Shown piece after piece: positions 37,530 to 51,714 of a stretch of DNA of 64,000 nt; the stretch's first letter is position 1, and every line of letters begins with the position of its first letter. The notes beneath the pieces are model-generated. The model made no database searches, was not told the origin of the DNA, and was given only the letters and a program-made list of their open reading frames with translations. This DNA is from Octopus sinensis. Lineage: Eukaryota. The stretch lies in contig NC_043013.1 of NCBI RefSeq assembly GCF_006345805.1, positions 11,780,001 to 11,844,000 of the forward strand, given 5' to 3'. Both the position numbers and the translations under genes were made by a program.

Positions 37530-37814
37530 ATATAAAGTGAAGTTGTGTGTCTGTCTCCTACGATTTAGATTCCTAACTACTCCCACATTTTGCGGTGCAG
37601 TTTAACCAAAACCGGGTATCTTATAGTCGTGATTCATATCGAGCCCTTCTGGGTATTAGCGCGCGTCTACGATGAGTCTACGATTTTAAAAAAAACTAAC
37701 AATTTTTTTCCATTTTAATGCATTTTTTTGCTATCTTTTGGCTATAACTCTTTAAAAATGCTTATATAGTTATTTCCCTTACAAACCCGAGCAACGCTGG
37801 GCGATACTGCTAGT
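37530..37814 (-). mobile_element. Non-autonomous Helitron/DINE-1 (HINE)-like element
   Basis: Reverse complement begins actagcagtatcgcccagcgttgctcggg (CTAG plus GC hairpin) and ends gacagacacacaacttcactttatata; near-identical to 50894-51188. Confidence 0.7.
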
Positions 37815-38320
37815 ATCACATAAAGTGTTACTCAGAATTTCACGTTCCAGTTTCTTCAGACGGCTTTGTTAGAATGGAATAAAATAAGGTTATAAGCAAG
37901 CATATACAATTAGTTTAATGGATACACATTTGAAAATGGCTTTGTTTCATTGGTCCTTTCAACTAACGGTCTTAACAATAAACGGTTGCATACAATGAAC
38001 AAAATTCTGTATTCTATCATCTTATAAAATCGGAGAAAACCTTAAAATGTTTGCATAACTTTTGAGAGAGACACAAAAAAAGCAAAAATGAGTGGAAATT
38101 GAACCTGCAAGCGCATTAGATATTGAGACAGAGTCACTCGGTCCAAACACAGCAAAATTTGTTTAAAGACGCGATTTCATATCAAGAATCTTTCAAACCC
38201 GATACAAAGGCGATATACATACATACATACATACATACATACATACATAGATACATACATAGATACATACATATATACACGCAGTCACAAGCATATATGT
38301 TTGTGTTTAAATTTATGTAA

Positions 38321-38378
<58 letters not shown>

Positions 38379-38477
38379 GGATAGATAGATAGATAGATAG
38401 ATGATAGATAGATAGATAGATAGATAGATTGATAGATAATAGATAGATAGAATATGATGATAGTACATACATACATA

Positions 38478-38577
38478 NNNNNNNNNNNNNNNNNNNNNNN
38501 NNNNNNNNNNNNNNNNNNNNNNNNNNNNNNNNNNNNNNNNNNNNNNNNNNNNNNNNNNNNNNNNNNNNNNNNNNNNN
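38478..38577. other. Assembly gap (100 N)
   Basis: Run of exactly 100 N. Confidence 1.
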
Positions 38578-38578
38578 C

Positions 38579-38620
<42 letters not shown>

Positions 38621-38686
38621 TTATTTATCTATATATATATATATAGTTATATATATACGTATATATATATATATATATATAAGGGT

Positions 38687-38720
<34 letters not shown>

Positions 38721-38949
38721 ATATATATTATATATATATATTATATATATATTATATATATATATGCGTACATAGGCACGGGCAAAGAACTTCTGCACCG
38801 TTTCCGCCTACCAAACTCTCTTGAAGCACTTTGGCTATCCATCCAATGTTCATAATAGAAGACACTTGACTGATATGAGGAGCAACGAATCCGAAAAAGA
38901 AAAAACAAAAACTACGTATTTTAGAAGCGAACTTCCTCACCAGAAACCA

Positions 38950-40240
38950 ATGGCTGCATCTGTCTTCAACCTCCTCTCCTTTCTTACTCTTTCACACCAT
39001 TTCATTTTTTTTTCTTTTTTCACTCTCTTTTCCATTAATTTCATCCTAAATTACTTCATTACATTTCTCATTGCCATTTTTCATTCCGACTGATTTCATT
39101 ATTGTATTCTTTCCATTATTCTATTTCTATTTCCTTTCTTACCAAAATACCTTTAGATTCATATTCTTCTTTCTGTTCTTATTACTTAAGACGTTTTCCC
39201 TACAATATTCCAATATTTTCTTTCCCGCTTTTATTCTCACCTCCTCTCCTTCTCCTTTCTTTCTAAACGTACTTCTTCGTTCAGCATTTATTTTTTTTTT
39301 CCTATTTCCATCGTTCATATTTAATATATTTTTTTATTCTTTTATTATATTTTTACCCATTCCCAGCCTCATCTATTTTCTTGTTTTTCCATTTCTAAAA
39401 TGTTTATATATTATATTCGCTCTCATTCTCTTCTTTTTATTTTTAGATCATCATATTTTCTTTGTTTTATATTTTGCCTTACTTTTTTTTTTTTTGCTTT
39501 GTCCTTGTATTCCTTCTTTTTCACATACGTCTAATTTTCATAATTATTTTTCGTGTCTCATTCCTTGCTCCCTTCTACTTTTAGGTTTCGTTATTTTTGC
39601 AATTTGATTCTATTCTGTGTAATTATCACACATCCTTCATTCCCTCTTTCTTTCACTCTTTCACTCCCGTCATATCTCCCTCTCACACACTTTCTTACTT
39701 TCTGAGTCTTTTTTCTCTTTTACTCTTTCCATTTTTCCTATATAGTCATAGATATCTATTCTTCTCTCTTCCTCTCTCTCTCCCCTCAATTTCATTCCTT
39801 CTCTTCCTCCTTTATCTGTTTTCTTGTGCTTTTTCTTTCTTCTCTCTCACACTGTCTTTATTCATTCTTTCAAGAATCCTCTTCCTCTTTATCCTTCATC
39901 TCACTCTTTTTCATTCTCCATATGCTCTCTTTACCATTTCAAGTATTTTTCTCATATAATCTTTCACTCTTTCTCTCTTTCTCTATATCTTTCATTTCCT
40001 TTCCCTTTGTTATTTCATTCATCACTCTCTTTTCCTTCTCTGTAGTTCCTTCTTTCTTATTCTTTTATTACTCTTACTCTTTCTCTTTTACCTTCTCTCT
40101 CACTCTCTCTCTCTCTCTCTCTCTGTTTCTCTCTGTCGCTTTCTTATCACACTCTTTCATCCTATATTTCTGTTTTTTTCTTCTTCCTTTGTCTTTATTT
40201 CGTTTTTTTTTTTTTATTTTCTTTCTCTCCTCCAATCGTT
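38950..40240. repeat. ~1.3-kb pyrimidine-rich low-complexity tract
   Basis: The + strand is dominated by T and C; the ORFs are F/L/S-rich artefacts. Confidence 0.85.
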
Positions 40241-41013
40241 AGATCGGTGTCTTAGTGCTCCTAACACAAGAAAGCTATTAGAAATAATAACCCTTGCGCT
40301 CTACGCATACACTCACACATAAACACAAAACACACGCACACACAAGAATATATACATTGACGCACTCCCATATAAACATGTGCGCACACATACATAAAAT
40401 AAAACATGCATAACTATAAATATATTGCACAAAACAAATACATATACACACACACATGTACTCGCACACAGTCATACACAACAGCATATTCTGATACCAA
40501 TATAAACACAAACAAATAAGCATGCAAACACAAACAGACTCACATTATCGTAGCCATATACATGTAAACACTAAAATCGCAGACACACACAGATATATAC
40601 AAACGCAAACACGCACGCGTAAATACGCAGCGACGTTATTGGCTTAAATAGAAAAAAAAAAAAGAGGTACACAAAGGGAAACTACCTCGTATTGGATTTG
40701 ACCATAAGGTCTTAGAGACGAGGTAGCCATAGCAATATCCTTTATTTTTCTCGATATTTTACGCTAAAGACCAACCAACAACAGGAAAAAAATATTTAAA
40801 AAAAAACAGAGAGAGAGAAAATCACAAAATGGGATAAAAAAAAATGTTCCGTACAGTAAAACAAAACATAAAAAATATATTAATATCCAGTTCAATAAGA
40901 CAAGGAAAAAATACACACACGCACATACACGCACGCAACACACCACCACACAAACACAAACGCATACACACATATATGTATACGCATGCACTCATTTATG
41001 TATGCATATATGC

Positions 41014-41045
<32 letters not shown>

Positions 41046-41050
41046 ACATA

Positions 41051-41082
<32 letters not shown>

Positions 41083-41392
41083 TCACATATATATATTTAT
41101 GTATGTGTATGTTGTTGTGCGTGTGTGTGCTTGTGTGGTATATATGGAGCGTGTATATATGTGCATGCGTCTATTTGGATGCATGTAAATATGTGTAGGA
41201 GTGCGTGTATATGTGTTTGCTTATATGCATGTGTGTGTATGTATGTATGTATGTATGTATGTATGTATGTATGTATGTATGTATGTATGAGTGTATGTAT
41301 GTATGAGTGTATGTATGTAAAAATCAAATATGGTTTATAATTATAATACTCCTACTCCTGCACTACATCTATTTCCAGAATTATTATCATTA

Positions 41393-41454
<62 letters not shown>

Positions 41455-41915
41455 CATCATCATCATCATCATTATCATCATTATTGTAAGTAGTAGTCGT
41501 ATTAGTAGTAGTAGTTGCAATAGTGGTGTTGGTGGTGCGATTATTATAGTTGATGGTCCAAATAGTATTGCTATTGCTGTTAGTATTACTATTACTAATG
41601 ACACACCTCTAACGCTCTTATTGGTAACGTGTGTACTAACAACAGTAACGGAATCACTGGTACCATTAACATTGCTATCATCAACGTTACTAGTATTTAC
41701 ATTGAACATCATAATACCAACACAACATATGAAACTATCTATGTACTATATATGTTTGTTTATGCATACATATGGATGTAAATATGCATACACAAATTGA
41801 GAAAGACGGATAGCTAACTCGAGAGTAGGATAATGCATATATATATATATATATATATATCTGTGTGTGTGTATGTGTGTGTCTGTATGTATATGTATGA
41901 ATGCCTACACACAGG

Positions 41916-41953
<38 letters not shown>

Positions 41954-42026
41954 ATGTACATACAAATATATAAGTATGTATAGATACATTATATATGTAT
42001 CTATATATATATATTATATATATATA

Positions 42027-42086
<60 letters not shown>

Positions 42087-42087
42087 G

Positions 42088-42118
<31 letters not shown>

Positions 42119-43791
42119 ATATGTAGGTAGGTAGATAGGTAGGAAAGAGGGTGAGAGGGTGCAGAATGTGTAAGAAGGAAAGAGAGTGGTGAGATGAAGT
42201 AAATAAGAGAAAAATTAGGTAAAAATGTGAAAAAAATAAAAATAAAAATAAAAATAAAGCAGCTTGTACACCATCCCGATTAAAACCAAGAAATAAAAAT
42301 ATTAAAGAAAAAACATTTTTTTCACAAATACACATACAAAAACAACGACAAAAATAAACTGAACTCGTACATAGAATCACATAGAAACTTATACAACCAA
42401 AGAAACATAGGAAAACATACAAACATCGAACCCCCACCCCTGCATCACCAACACACACAGACACTACGTAACCCAAACACACAATGTCAAAAGTATGATA
42501 TATACACATACAGAATATCATAAGATTATACAAAAATGATGCACCCACATACCTGCTCCTAGAGATATGTGCATACTCACAGTCATTGATGTGTGTGTGT
42601 GTGTATGTGCTGATATATATACATACATATATATATATATATATATGTTATATATATATATATATATATAATGTAAATATACATACATATATATGTATAT
42701 CTATCTACATATCTCTCTCTATATATGTGTGTATGTGTGAGTGACCCGAAATACGTATATACGCGTATGCAAACAAGGAGAAATTCATGCAGAAAATACA
42801 CCATATACTCAGTTCCAAAAGCACCTACACACCACATACACACACACAGAAACACGTACACAGTATTCTGTGTAGAAGCACCCGTATATTCACATCCACA
42901 CACACACATACACTAAGACACACATTCACGTAACTGTGTTGTGCAGCTATACACACAAGTATTTACAAACACATGCACACAACAGACATACGCACATACA
43001 CACATAAGCACATGCGTATTTACACACACACATACACACACACACGTACACACATACACACACAGATTACAAAATACAACAGCAAAACCTTTTTACTTTA
43101 CCTCCCAAACTAACAAAAATATATAAAACAAACTTTTTAAAAAAATCACGTTTACAAAAAAAAAAAAAGATTGCGAAAGCAAAAGTAAAAGTGAAAGTAA
43201 AAATCTCCCCAAGTCAGATATAACAACAACAACACCAACAATTACATGCACAGCAATAACAAGAACAATAACTCTGACAGTAACAACTACAACGACCACA
43301 GCAAAAGCAACAACAGGCTCAAAGTATAGTGCATATGTTTATTGATGTCATCAGTTTCTTTGGTATTGTTCTTGTTGTTATCGTTGCTGTTGTCATAGAC
43401 ATTTGTTTGTTGTTTTTTTTACTATTTCGTATTTAAATGTTTCTTTTCTTGCTTTTGTTTTTTTTTTTCTTCCTTTTAACGATCATGACCAAGAAAGAAT
43501 AGAAAACAAATCGAAAATGAAGAAAAAAAAAACAGCATAAAAATAAAATAAATGCGTATCACTACAAAAAAAAAAACAGCAGAAACATTATGTCCAACAG
43601 CTGACTTTTCAAGTGCACAGCTTTAATCAGCGCCCATCCTCCCATCTCTACGCCCCTCACCAAACCATGTTGACCTCTGTAGGTTCTGCTTGCTATTTTA
43701 TGCACAAAAAGCCGAAAAAAAAAAACTACAAATATTAAATGAATAAATAAAAAAGAGGTAAAAATAAAACCTGAAAGTCAGTAGCACCCAT

Positions 43792-43823
<32 letters not shown>

Positions 43824-44140
43824 AAAGAAAACAACAAGAACAATTGAGAGAACGTTGGTGTGGCAGTTGTCTGTCTGGCATGCGGGATGAGATTGTTGGC
43901 TAGCTAGGTAAAGCTCTGGTCTTCTGTGTTTTTATATTCGCTCGCAATGTTGGCCACCTCTACCTAGCTTCTGTAGCTCCTGTAACCATCAGCATCAGCA
44001 CCACAATCACCAGCAGCAGCTATAGCAGCAGCAGTAGCAGCAGCAGCAACATCGTCTCAAAAAAACTAACAACAACAACAACGACAGCAGCACAACAGAC
44101 ATCTAACAGTTAAACAATCTGCTAACCAGCACCAATAACG

Positions 44141-44213
<73 letters not shown>

Positions 44214-44254
44214 TATGTATATTTATATATATATATGTATATATATATATATGA

Positions 44255-44300
<46 letters not shown>

Positions 44301-44400
44301 TCTATATAATTGTTCGTGTATACGCATATATGTATATACATACGTATAAGCAAATATGATACGTTGCATATATTTATATATAATATATATATATATATAT

Positions 44401-44434
<34 letters not shown>

Positions 44435-44932
44435 ATGGAGGCACGTATATATATATGGAGGCACATATGCAGGATGATGACCCATAAGCAAATCAGCATT
44501 AAAATTTCTTTCAGGTTCGAAACCCTATGAGATTTACGGACGCAACATGCATACACATATGCACACGCTGGCATTAACACATCCATGCTTTTGTTATACA
44601 TATGAGTATGTATATATATATATATATATGCATATATCTGCACTCTTATAGAAGCATGAATAATCATACGTTTACATATTAGTAAATATGTGTCTCTTCC
44701 GCATATGCAATGTAAAAGTAGGCATGTGTGTGCGCGCGCGTGCGTGTGTGTGTTCAGAAAGAAATAGACCTCAGTGTGTATGAATATATAGATTTGAGCA
44801 CAAATTAAAAATAATAAGCGCACACAGACATATATACGATATGTGTGTATATTGAAAGATAATATATATATATATACGCATATATACCCATATATAGAAT
44901 GAAAGACTCATACATACATGCATATACATATT

Positions 44933-44989
<57 letters not shown>

Positions 44990-45020
44990 TATATATACTA
45001 TATATACATATATAGATATA

Positions 45021-45061
<41 letters not shown>

Positions 45062-46488
45062 GTACAGCATGAGTCTGTGTGTACTGAATTGTTTGTTTTT
45101 GTCCAATCGTATTTGTATAGTTAACGCTTTTGATGCTATACTATTTTTTAGTTTACTAGATATGAATTCATATACATTTTTTTATTTGTTCTTGTTCTCC
45201 TGGCTCTTGTGTACTTCTTTTGGCATTTCGTATTATTTTTCTTATTGTTTCTCTTTGGGGTCTGATACTTTTGAGATTTTGCTACTATCTTTATTATTTG
45301 GCTATCACTAGATTTTTTTTTCTGTCTGATATGAGGAGTATTTTTTGTGTGATTATGTCTGTGTTGTGTGTATATGTATGTAAGTATTTATCTTTGGTTC
45401 TCAGTGTATGTAAATGTGGTTTAGGAAGTTCATGTGTGTGAATAGTAAAAGTTGTATATTGGTGCTCTGCAATATTTATTCCTTGGCATTTTGGTTTTTG
45501 ATTTTTATGTTTACATGGATATATATGTATATATATATATACGTGTGTGTGTTTATGTATTTGTCTGTATGCGCATATATACGATTTATTCTTTGTTTTC
45601 CCCTTTTCATGTATGTCATAGGTCAGAGGCCTTTTTCTAATTTAATGTTGTTGATATCACTGTCGTTGTTGGTCTTGTTTATAATGATGATGACTGTGAT
45701 GGTGATGATGTTGATGAGGATAGCGACGACGATGATGATGATGATGATGTTGCTGTTGTGGTTAATGTTGATGATGATGATAACGATGATGATGATGTTG
45801 ACGAGAACAACGATGACGATGAAGAGGATGACGATCATGATGATGATATTGATGATGATGATGATGATATTTTTGTTGTTGTTGTTGTTGTTGGTGGTGG
45901 TGGTAGTGGTGGTGGTGATACTGTTGATTATGATGAAGATGATGATGCTGTTTTTTTTGGTACTTTTGTTCTTATTGTTAGAATGCAGTTCATTGATTTT
46001 CGATAAATTTCCTCGTTTCAAAACAAAAATAAATAAATAAATAATAATATAATAATAGAAAAAAAAATTGAACCATAACAACAACAACAACAGCAACAAA
46101 AGCAACAAAAGTATCACTAGTACTACTAACAATAATATGGATAATGCTATCACAAAAAAAATGCAACACAAGCAAAAATAATAGTAAAAAAATATATTAC
46201 TAACAATAATGTGTGATGCTATTCCATATTCTCTGTTGGTGATCTTGATATTTTTTTTAAATATTACATTTTTTTTATTAGTTCTTTTATTTTGCAGTGA
46301 GTGAGCATTTTTATATTTTGTCTTTGCCTTTATTCTTTTTAAATATTTTGTCAGCACCATGTGTGTATATATGTGTGTATGTGATGTTATATACATACAT
46401 ACATATATATATATATGTATACGTGTATATGTACACATATGTATATACATTTATGTAATATATACACGTACTTATGCATATGTATGTA

Positions 46489-46522
<34 letters not shown>

Positions 46523-46679
46523 ATATTATATATATTATATATATCAAGAGGAGGAAAAATGCCATTTATCTACTTCCAAAGTCTTCTTTTATTATCTTCA
46601 TAGTTTTTTGTATCAACGAACTCATAATGTATCCATAGGCAATAGCATAACAGCCATATATCGATTGATCCCTGTAGTG

Positions 46680-46732
46680 ATAATGATGATGATGATGAGA
46701 ATGATAAAGATGCGATGATGATGATGACGATG

Positions 46733-46763
<31 letters not shown>

Positions 46764-47218
46764 CCATCACCATCATCATCATCATCATCGTCAGCAGCAG
46801 CAGCAGCAGCGGCAACAGCGGCAGCAGCATTGTCATCATCTTCATCATGTTCATTATCATTATCCTCGTCATCATCATCAGCACCACCACCATCAATCTG
46901 CTCACCATCATCATCATCATCATCATTCTCATCATCATCAGCCTCATCAATCATTCTTCGCGTTGGTAGTGTTGATGGTAATGGCGGTGGTCGTGTTGAT
47001 GATGATGATGATGATGATGATGATTATGATGAGAATGAGGATCATGATATTAATAAACATCATCACCATCATCATCATTATCACCACCACCACCATCACC
47101 ATCACCATCATCATCATCATCATCATCACCACCACCACCACCACCACCACCACCATCATCGTCATCATCGTCATCATCATCGTCATCATCATCATCGCCA
47201 CCACCACCACCACCATCG

Positions 47219-47254
<36 letters not shown>

Positions 47255-47460
47255 CCACCACCACCACCACACCACCACCATCTGTCATCATCGTCATCAT
47301 CATCATCACCACCACCACCATCATCGTCATCATCGTCATCATCATCGTCATCATCATCATCACCACCACCACCACACCACCACCACCATCATCGTCATGA
47401 TCGTCATCATCATCATTACAACAACGCTTATGAGGTTCATCAGTGTTATGGTAATGGCGA
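46680..47460. repeat. Alternating (GAT)n/(CAT)n/(CAC)n compound microsatellite
   Basis: Visible directly; gives the poly-H and poly-D ORFs. Confidence 0.9.
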
Positions 47461-47886
47461 CGTAGTTTTTGGTAGTTAAATTAATGATGGCAAAAACGAT
47501 GACGGTCAGTCCTGAGACAATGAGGATATTGTATTGTGGAGAGTATTGATGCTAACGATTTGTGAAGATGTCAGTGATGATGATGCTGACGGCGAAGACG
47601 GTGATGGAGACGAAGAAGAGAGAGAAGCAAAAGTGTGACGATGACGACGATGGAGGTGATGATGAAGACGATGACGCCACCGATGGCTGTGCTGGTGGTG
47701 GTGGTGCTGCTGCTGCTGCTGTTTGTGACGATGGTGATGATGATGAAGAAGAGAACGAAGAGGAGGACGATGACAACGACGACGATGTTGATGATGATGA
47801 TGAGGATAACGATGACGATAATGAAGATTATGCAGTTGCAGATAATTAAGATGGTAATATTGAAGATAATATTGGTTTCACATTTT

Positions 47887-48088
47887 GCCACAAGGGCAGC
47901 GAGTTCTGGATGGGAGGAGTCGATAACATCAACCCCAGTGCTCAACTGGTACTTATTTTATCGGCCCCCAAAGGAAGAAAGGCAAACTCGAATTCACAGT
48001 ATTTGAACTCAGAATGTAAAAACGGGCGAAATGCTACTAAGCATTTTACCCCCCGGCATGCTATAACGATTCTATAAGCTCGCTGCCG
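47887..48088 (-). mobile_element. SINE family A, diverged
   Basis: ccccagtgctcaactggtactt...tttgaactcagaatgta...aagcatttt. Confidence 0.85.
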
Positions 48089-48560
48089 TAATAGTAAAGT
48101 TAATATTAAAATAATTATGTAATTATAAGGAAAGCAGTAATTAGGGAAAAGAAATAATAGCAAAGACCGGAATCACAAAAATAGAACTAACACTACTTTG
48201 CTGTTTGGAAAATTATCCATTAACATTGATGCTACCATCTTGAAGAATATTGTAAATTGAATAGAATATAACAATTACGAAAATGTTGAGAATGTGTAAG
48301 TAATACATTAATTTAGTTGTAAGCTTTTATTGCTCTTTGCCTCGTATAAGCAGTGTATTGCAAATGTATTCACTAAGATCCGATTTTCACTATGATGGGG
48401 TTTACATAAAGTAATTAATAGATAGATTTTATTCTCCATGGACAAATCTTATACAATCCAAAATAAAATTGTATCATTTGACCAAAGATTAAAAGAGAAA
48501 TGGGTACTTTCAATGTGATGCGAAAAAAATATACAAATCGAACGTGCAAAATACTGTTAC

Positions 48561-48602
48561 CGCAAACAAATAAGCGGCACTTAAAAACCAAATAAACGCC
48601 AC
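48561..48602 (-). CDS. Candidate 42-nt exon
   Basis: tttgaatttttag|GTGGCG...TTTGCG|gtaaca. Open as VAFIWFLSAAYLFA (phase 0) or xGVYLVFKCRLFVCx (phase 1). Confidence 0.15.
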
Positions 48603-48731
48603 CTAAAAATTCAAAACTCCATTAACAAATTGCACAGAATCATAAATGAACACAAACTACAAACGTTTTATATTACATGCATAATTTATTACATTACATA
48701 ACTGAACTAAGGAAACTACAGCCACCAAAAC

Positions 48732-49640
48732 ATCTATAATAATGAATCTGATACTTTAACTCCTCCAAGACTATCTAACAGACCTTGATGAAACTTGACA
48801 CGTGTGGGGTGGGGGCTGATGCCCTTGTGGTTACTTATGCACTTGGATTTTAAAAGAAATCGATTTTTAATCAGCATCGATTTTTCAAAAATCGTAAAAT
48901 TTCGGCATTTTTCGCCACGATGGCGAAAAATGCCGAAATTTGACGAAAAATGTTTCATGGGTATAATCAGACAGCTTATTAAAGGTAATCTATCTAGCAT
49001 TTGCTAATTCTTCATTTCAATGCGAATTGTTTTGATTTGCTAAAACTTAGTATTTGAATTCGTTGTTTTAATTCCCCAGGGTTTCAGGTTTTAAATAGGT
49101 AAGCGCATTTTATAACTCACACAATTCGTGCCATCAATTTCATGAAATCTGCCCCAAAGCGCAAAATTTCGCCATTTTACAACCATGCACAAAAATAACG
49201 ACGACACGGGTTCGCAACCAGACTCTGCTAATTTTTTCGTCAAATTGGTCCTACCCATTAATATAGATTTTAAATTACTCTCTTTTACTCTTTTACTTGT
49301 TTCAGTCATTTGACTGCGGCCATGCTGAAGCACCGCCTTTAGTCGAGTAAATCGACCCCGGGACTTATTCTTTGTAAGCCCAGTACTTATTCTATCGGTC
49401 ACTTTTGCCGAACCGCTAAGTGACGGGGAAAATTGTTGAAAAATGTCGAAATTTGACGAAAATTGTTTCATGTCTATAAACAGACATATTATTAACGGTA
49501 ATTTATTTACCATTGTTTTGATTTGCTAAAACTTATTATTTCAATTAATTGTTTTAATTCCCTAGCATTTCAGATTTTAAGTAGGGAAGTGCATTTTTAT
49601 ATCTCAAGCATTTTCTATTCACTATTTCATGCAGAACATA
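48732..49640. mobile_element. Helitron-like non-autonomous element with internal duplication, interrupted by a SINE-B fragment (49277-49428)
   Basis: Starts atctataataat...aactcctcc...gatgaaacttg; perfect 21-bp hairpin at 48897-48941; ~170-bp diverged direct repeat at ~48925-49100 and ~49435-49600. Confidence 0.5.
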
Positions 49641-49971
49641 GATATACTTACTGACAATCAAACTAAATTTATACAAACTACTACTTATATACAAGATTTA
49701 ACTTATCTATATACCTCTTCTTAACTTGCGAATACTTTGGAGTTCAGATATGCGTTAAGTTACTACATGACCCTTAACTCTTATAGAAGGTTCAGGGTCT
49801 TATATCAGTCTTTTAAGACAGGGGATATTCTCATGTGAGCTTCAGCTTACTTAAAAAGTCAGGACATTTTATCCACCATATCACTCATGCAAAAGGGATT
49901 TTAGTCCTCGGATTGGATTACCCGTGTTATTTTGTCGAAACATGGAACATATGGGGTTTTAGCACCCTAAT

Positions 49972-50056
49972 TTGAGTGGATTTCGTACTCAGAAACTGAA
50001 AGAAATCTGTCGTATATATATATGTATACATTTGTGTGTGTGTGTCTGTCTGTGTG

Positions 50057-50087
<31 letters not shown>

Positions 50088-50107
50088 CTGTGTGTGTGTG
50101 TGTGTGT

Positions 50108-50178
<71 letters not shown>

Positions 50179-50353
50179 TACCCCCGCTATTGCTTGACAA
50201 CCGATGTTGTATCTACGTTCCCATAACTTAATGATTCCGCAAAAGGCACTGATAGAAGTACTAGGCTTACAAAGAATATCTCCTGTGATCGATTTGTTCG
50301 ACCAACGGCAGTGCCCCAGCATGGCTGCAGTCACATGACTGACATAAGTAAAG
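49972..50353 (+). mobile_element. SINE family B, 5' truncated
   Basis: gagtggattt...(GT)n...cttgacaaccgatg...ctaggcttacaaagaata...cagcatggctgcagtc. Confidence 0.85.
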
Positions 50354-50893
50354 CAATCAAATAACTATGGAATTTTAATCCCGAGCATGGCTGGGTATCA
50401 CTCTGCCAGTAAATCTATAAAGAAATCAACCCTATTCTAAAAGTTAATTTCGTTCTCTAGAAAGTTAATTCTTAAAGATGTATTCTCAAAAATACGAATA
50501 TCAGAATCAGAATTAGAAAACTTATTAGAAATGATATATAAACAACCAATATAAAACTATTCTATAAACGACATTAAAGCATTAAGGTTAAACATATTGA
50601 TTACGCAAATGAGAACGATGAATCTAGCACATGTAAAATAACCTGAAAAATAACAAAACGAAACGAAATCAAACACTAACACACTTATATGATACTAAAC
50701 AATAAAACACCCAGAATATAGCGGACGAAAATATGAATAACAGGATATGTGGAATAGATTTATGAATAGAAAGTCCTAACATGAGGAATTTTAAATATAA
50801 TAATTGAAATGTGGAACTATATACAGAATTGAAATAAAAAGTGATGATGATCGAGAGCATTGCTTATGGACTAACGAAAGACAAATATATTAT

Positions 50894-51188
50894 ACTAGCA
50901 GTATCGCCCGGCATTGCTCGGGTTTGTAAGGGAAATAACTATATAAGCATTTTTAGAGAGTTACTTCCCTTATATAATAGCAAAAAATGCATTAAAAATG
51001 GGAAAGAATGATGGTAATTTTTTTTTTAAATGGTAGACTCATCGTAGACGCGCGCTAATACCCAGAAGGGCTCGATATGAATCACGACTATAAGATACCC
51101 GATTTTGGTTAAACTGCACCGCAAAATGTGGGAGTAGTTAAGAATCTAAATCGTAGGCGACAGACACACAACTTCACTTTTATATATA
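50894..51188 (+). mobile_element. Non-autonomous Helitron/DINE-1 (HINE)-like element
   Basis: actagcagtatcgcccggcattgctcggg start; near-identical to 37530-37814. Confidence 0.7.
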
Positions 51189-51284
51189 AATATTGTAACA
51201 TATAACACAGAAACAACAATGGAAACGCAAGCCCTGTCACTATCGACTTAAAGTGGGCAGAAAGCCTTCCCAAAACCCGAGTTC

Positions 51285-51390
51285 TTCAAAAAGACGGCTA
51301 TGTTGGCTGTTTGGTGCTGTACTGTGGGACTTATCCACTATAACTTCTTAAAACCCGAAAAAACCATTGTTGCAGAAACATATATGTACC
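51285..51390 (+). mobile_element. Short mariner fragment related to 53367-54572
   Basis: tatccactata...cttaaaacccgaaaaaaccattgttgcagaaa aligns to ~54075-54165. Confidence 0.7.
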
Positions 51391-51465
51391 TTAATTAAAC
51401 AAAGTATTTTCTGCAGCCACTGTAATTCGAAAGTAAGTTAAACTTTACTTCAAATATTGTCGTAT

Positions 51466-51645
51466 AGGCGTAGGAGTGGCTGTATGGTAAGTAGCTTGCT
51501 TACGAACCACATGGTTCCGGGTTCAGTCCCACTGCATTGCACCTTGAGCAAGTGTCTTCTACTATAGCCTCGTGCCGAGCAAACCCTTGTGAGTGGATTT
51601 GGTAGACGGAAACTGAAAAAGCCCGTCGTATATATGTATGTGTGT

Positions 51646-51714
<69 letters not shown>

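Noticed and set aside
46830-47465. 211-aa poly-His ORF as a His-rich structural (beak-type) protein
   Set aside because: Pure CAT/CAC repeat with no signal peptide or Gly-His motif; the region is open in several frames.
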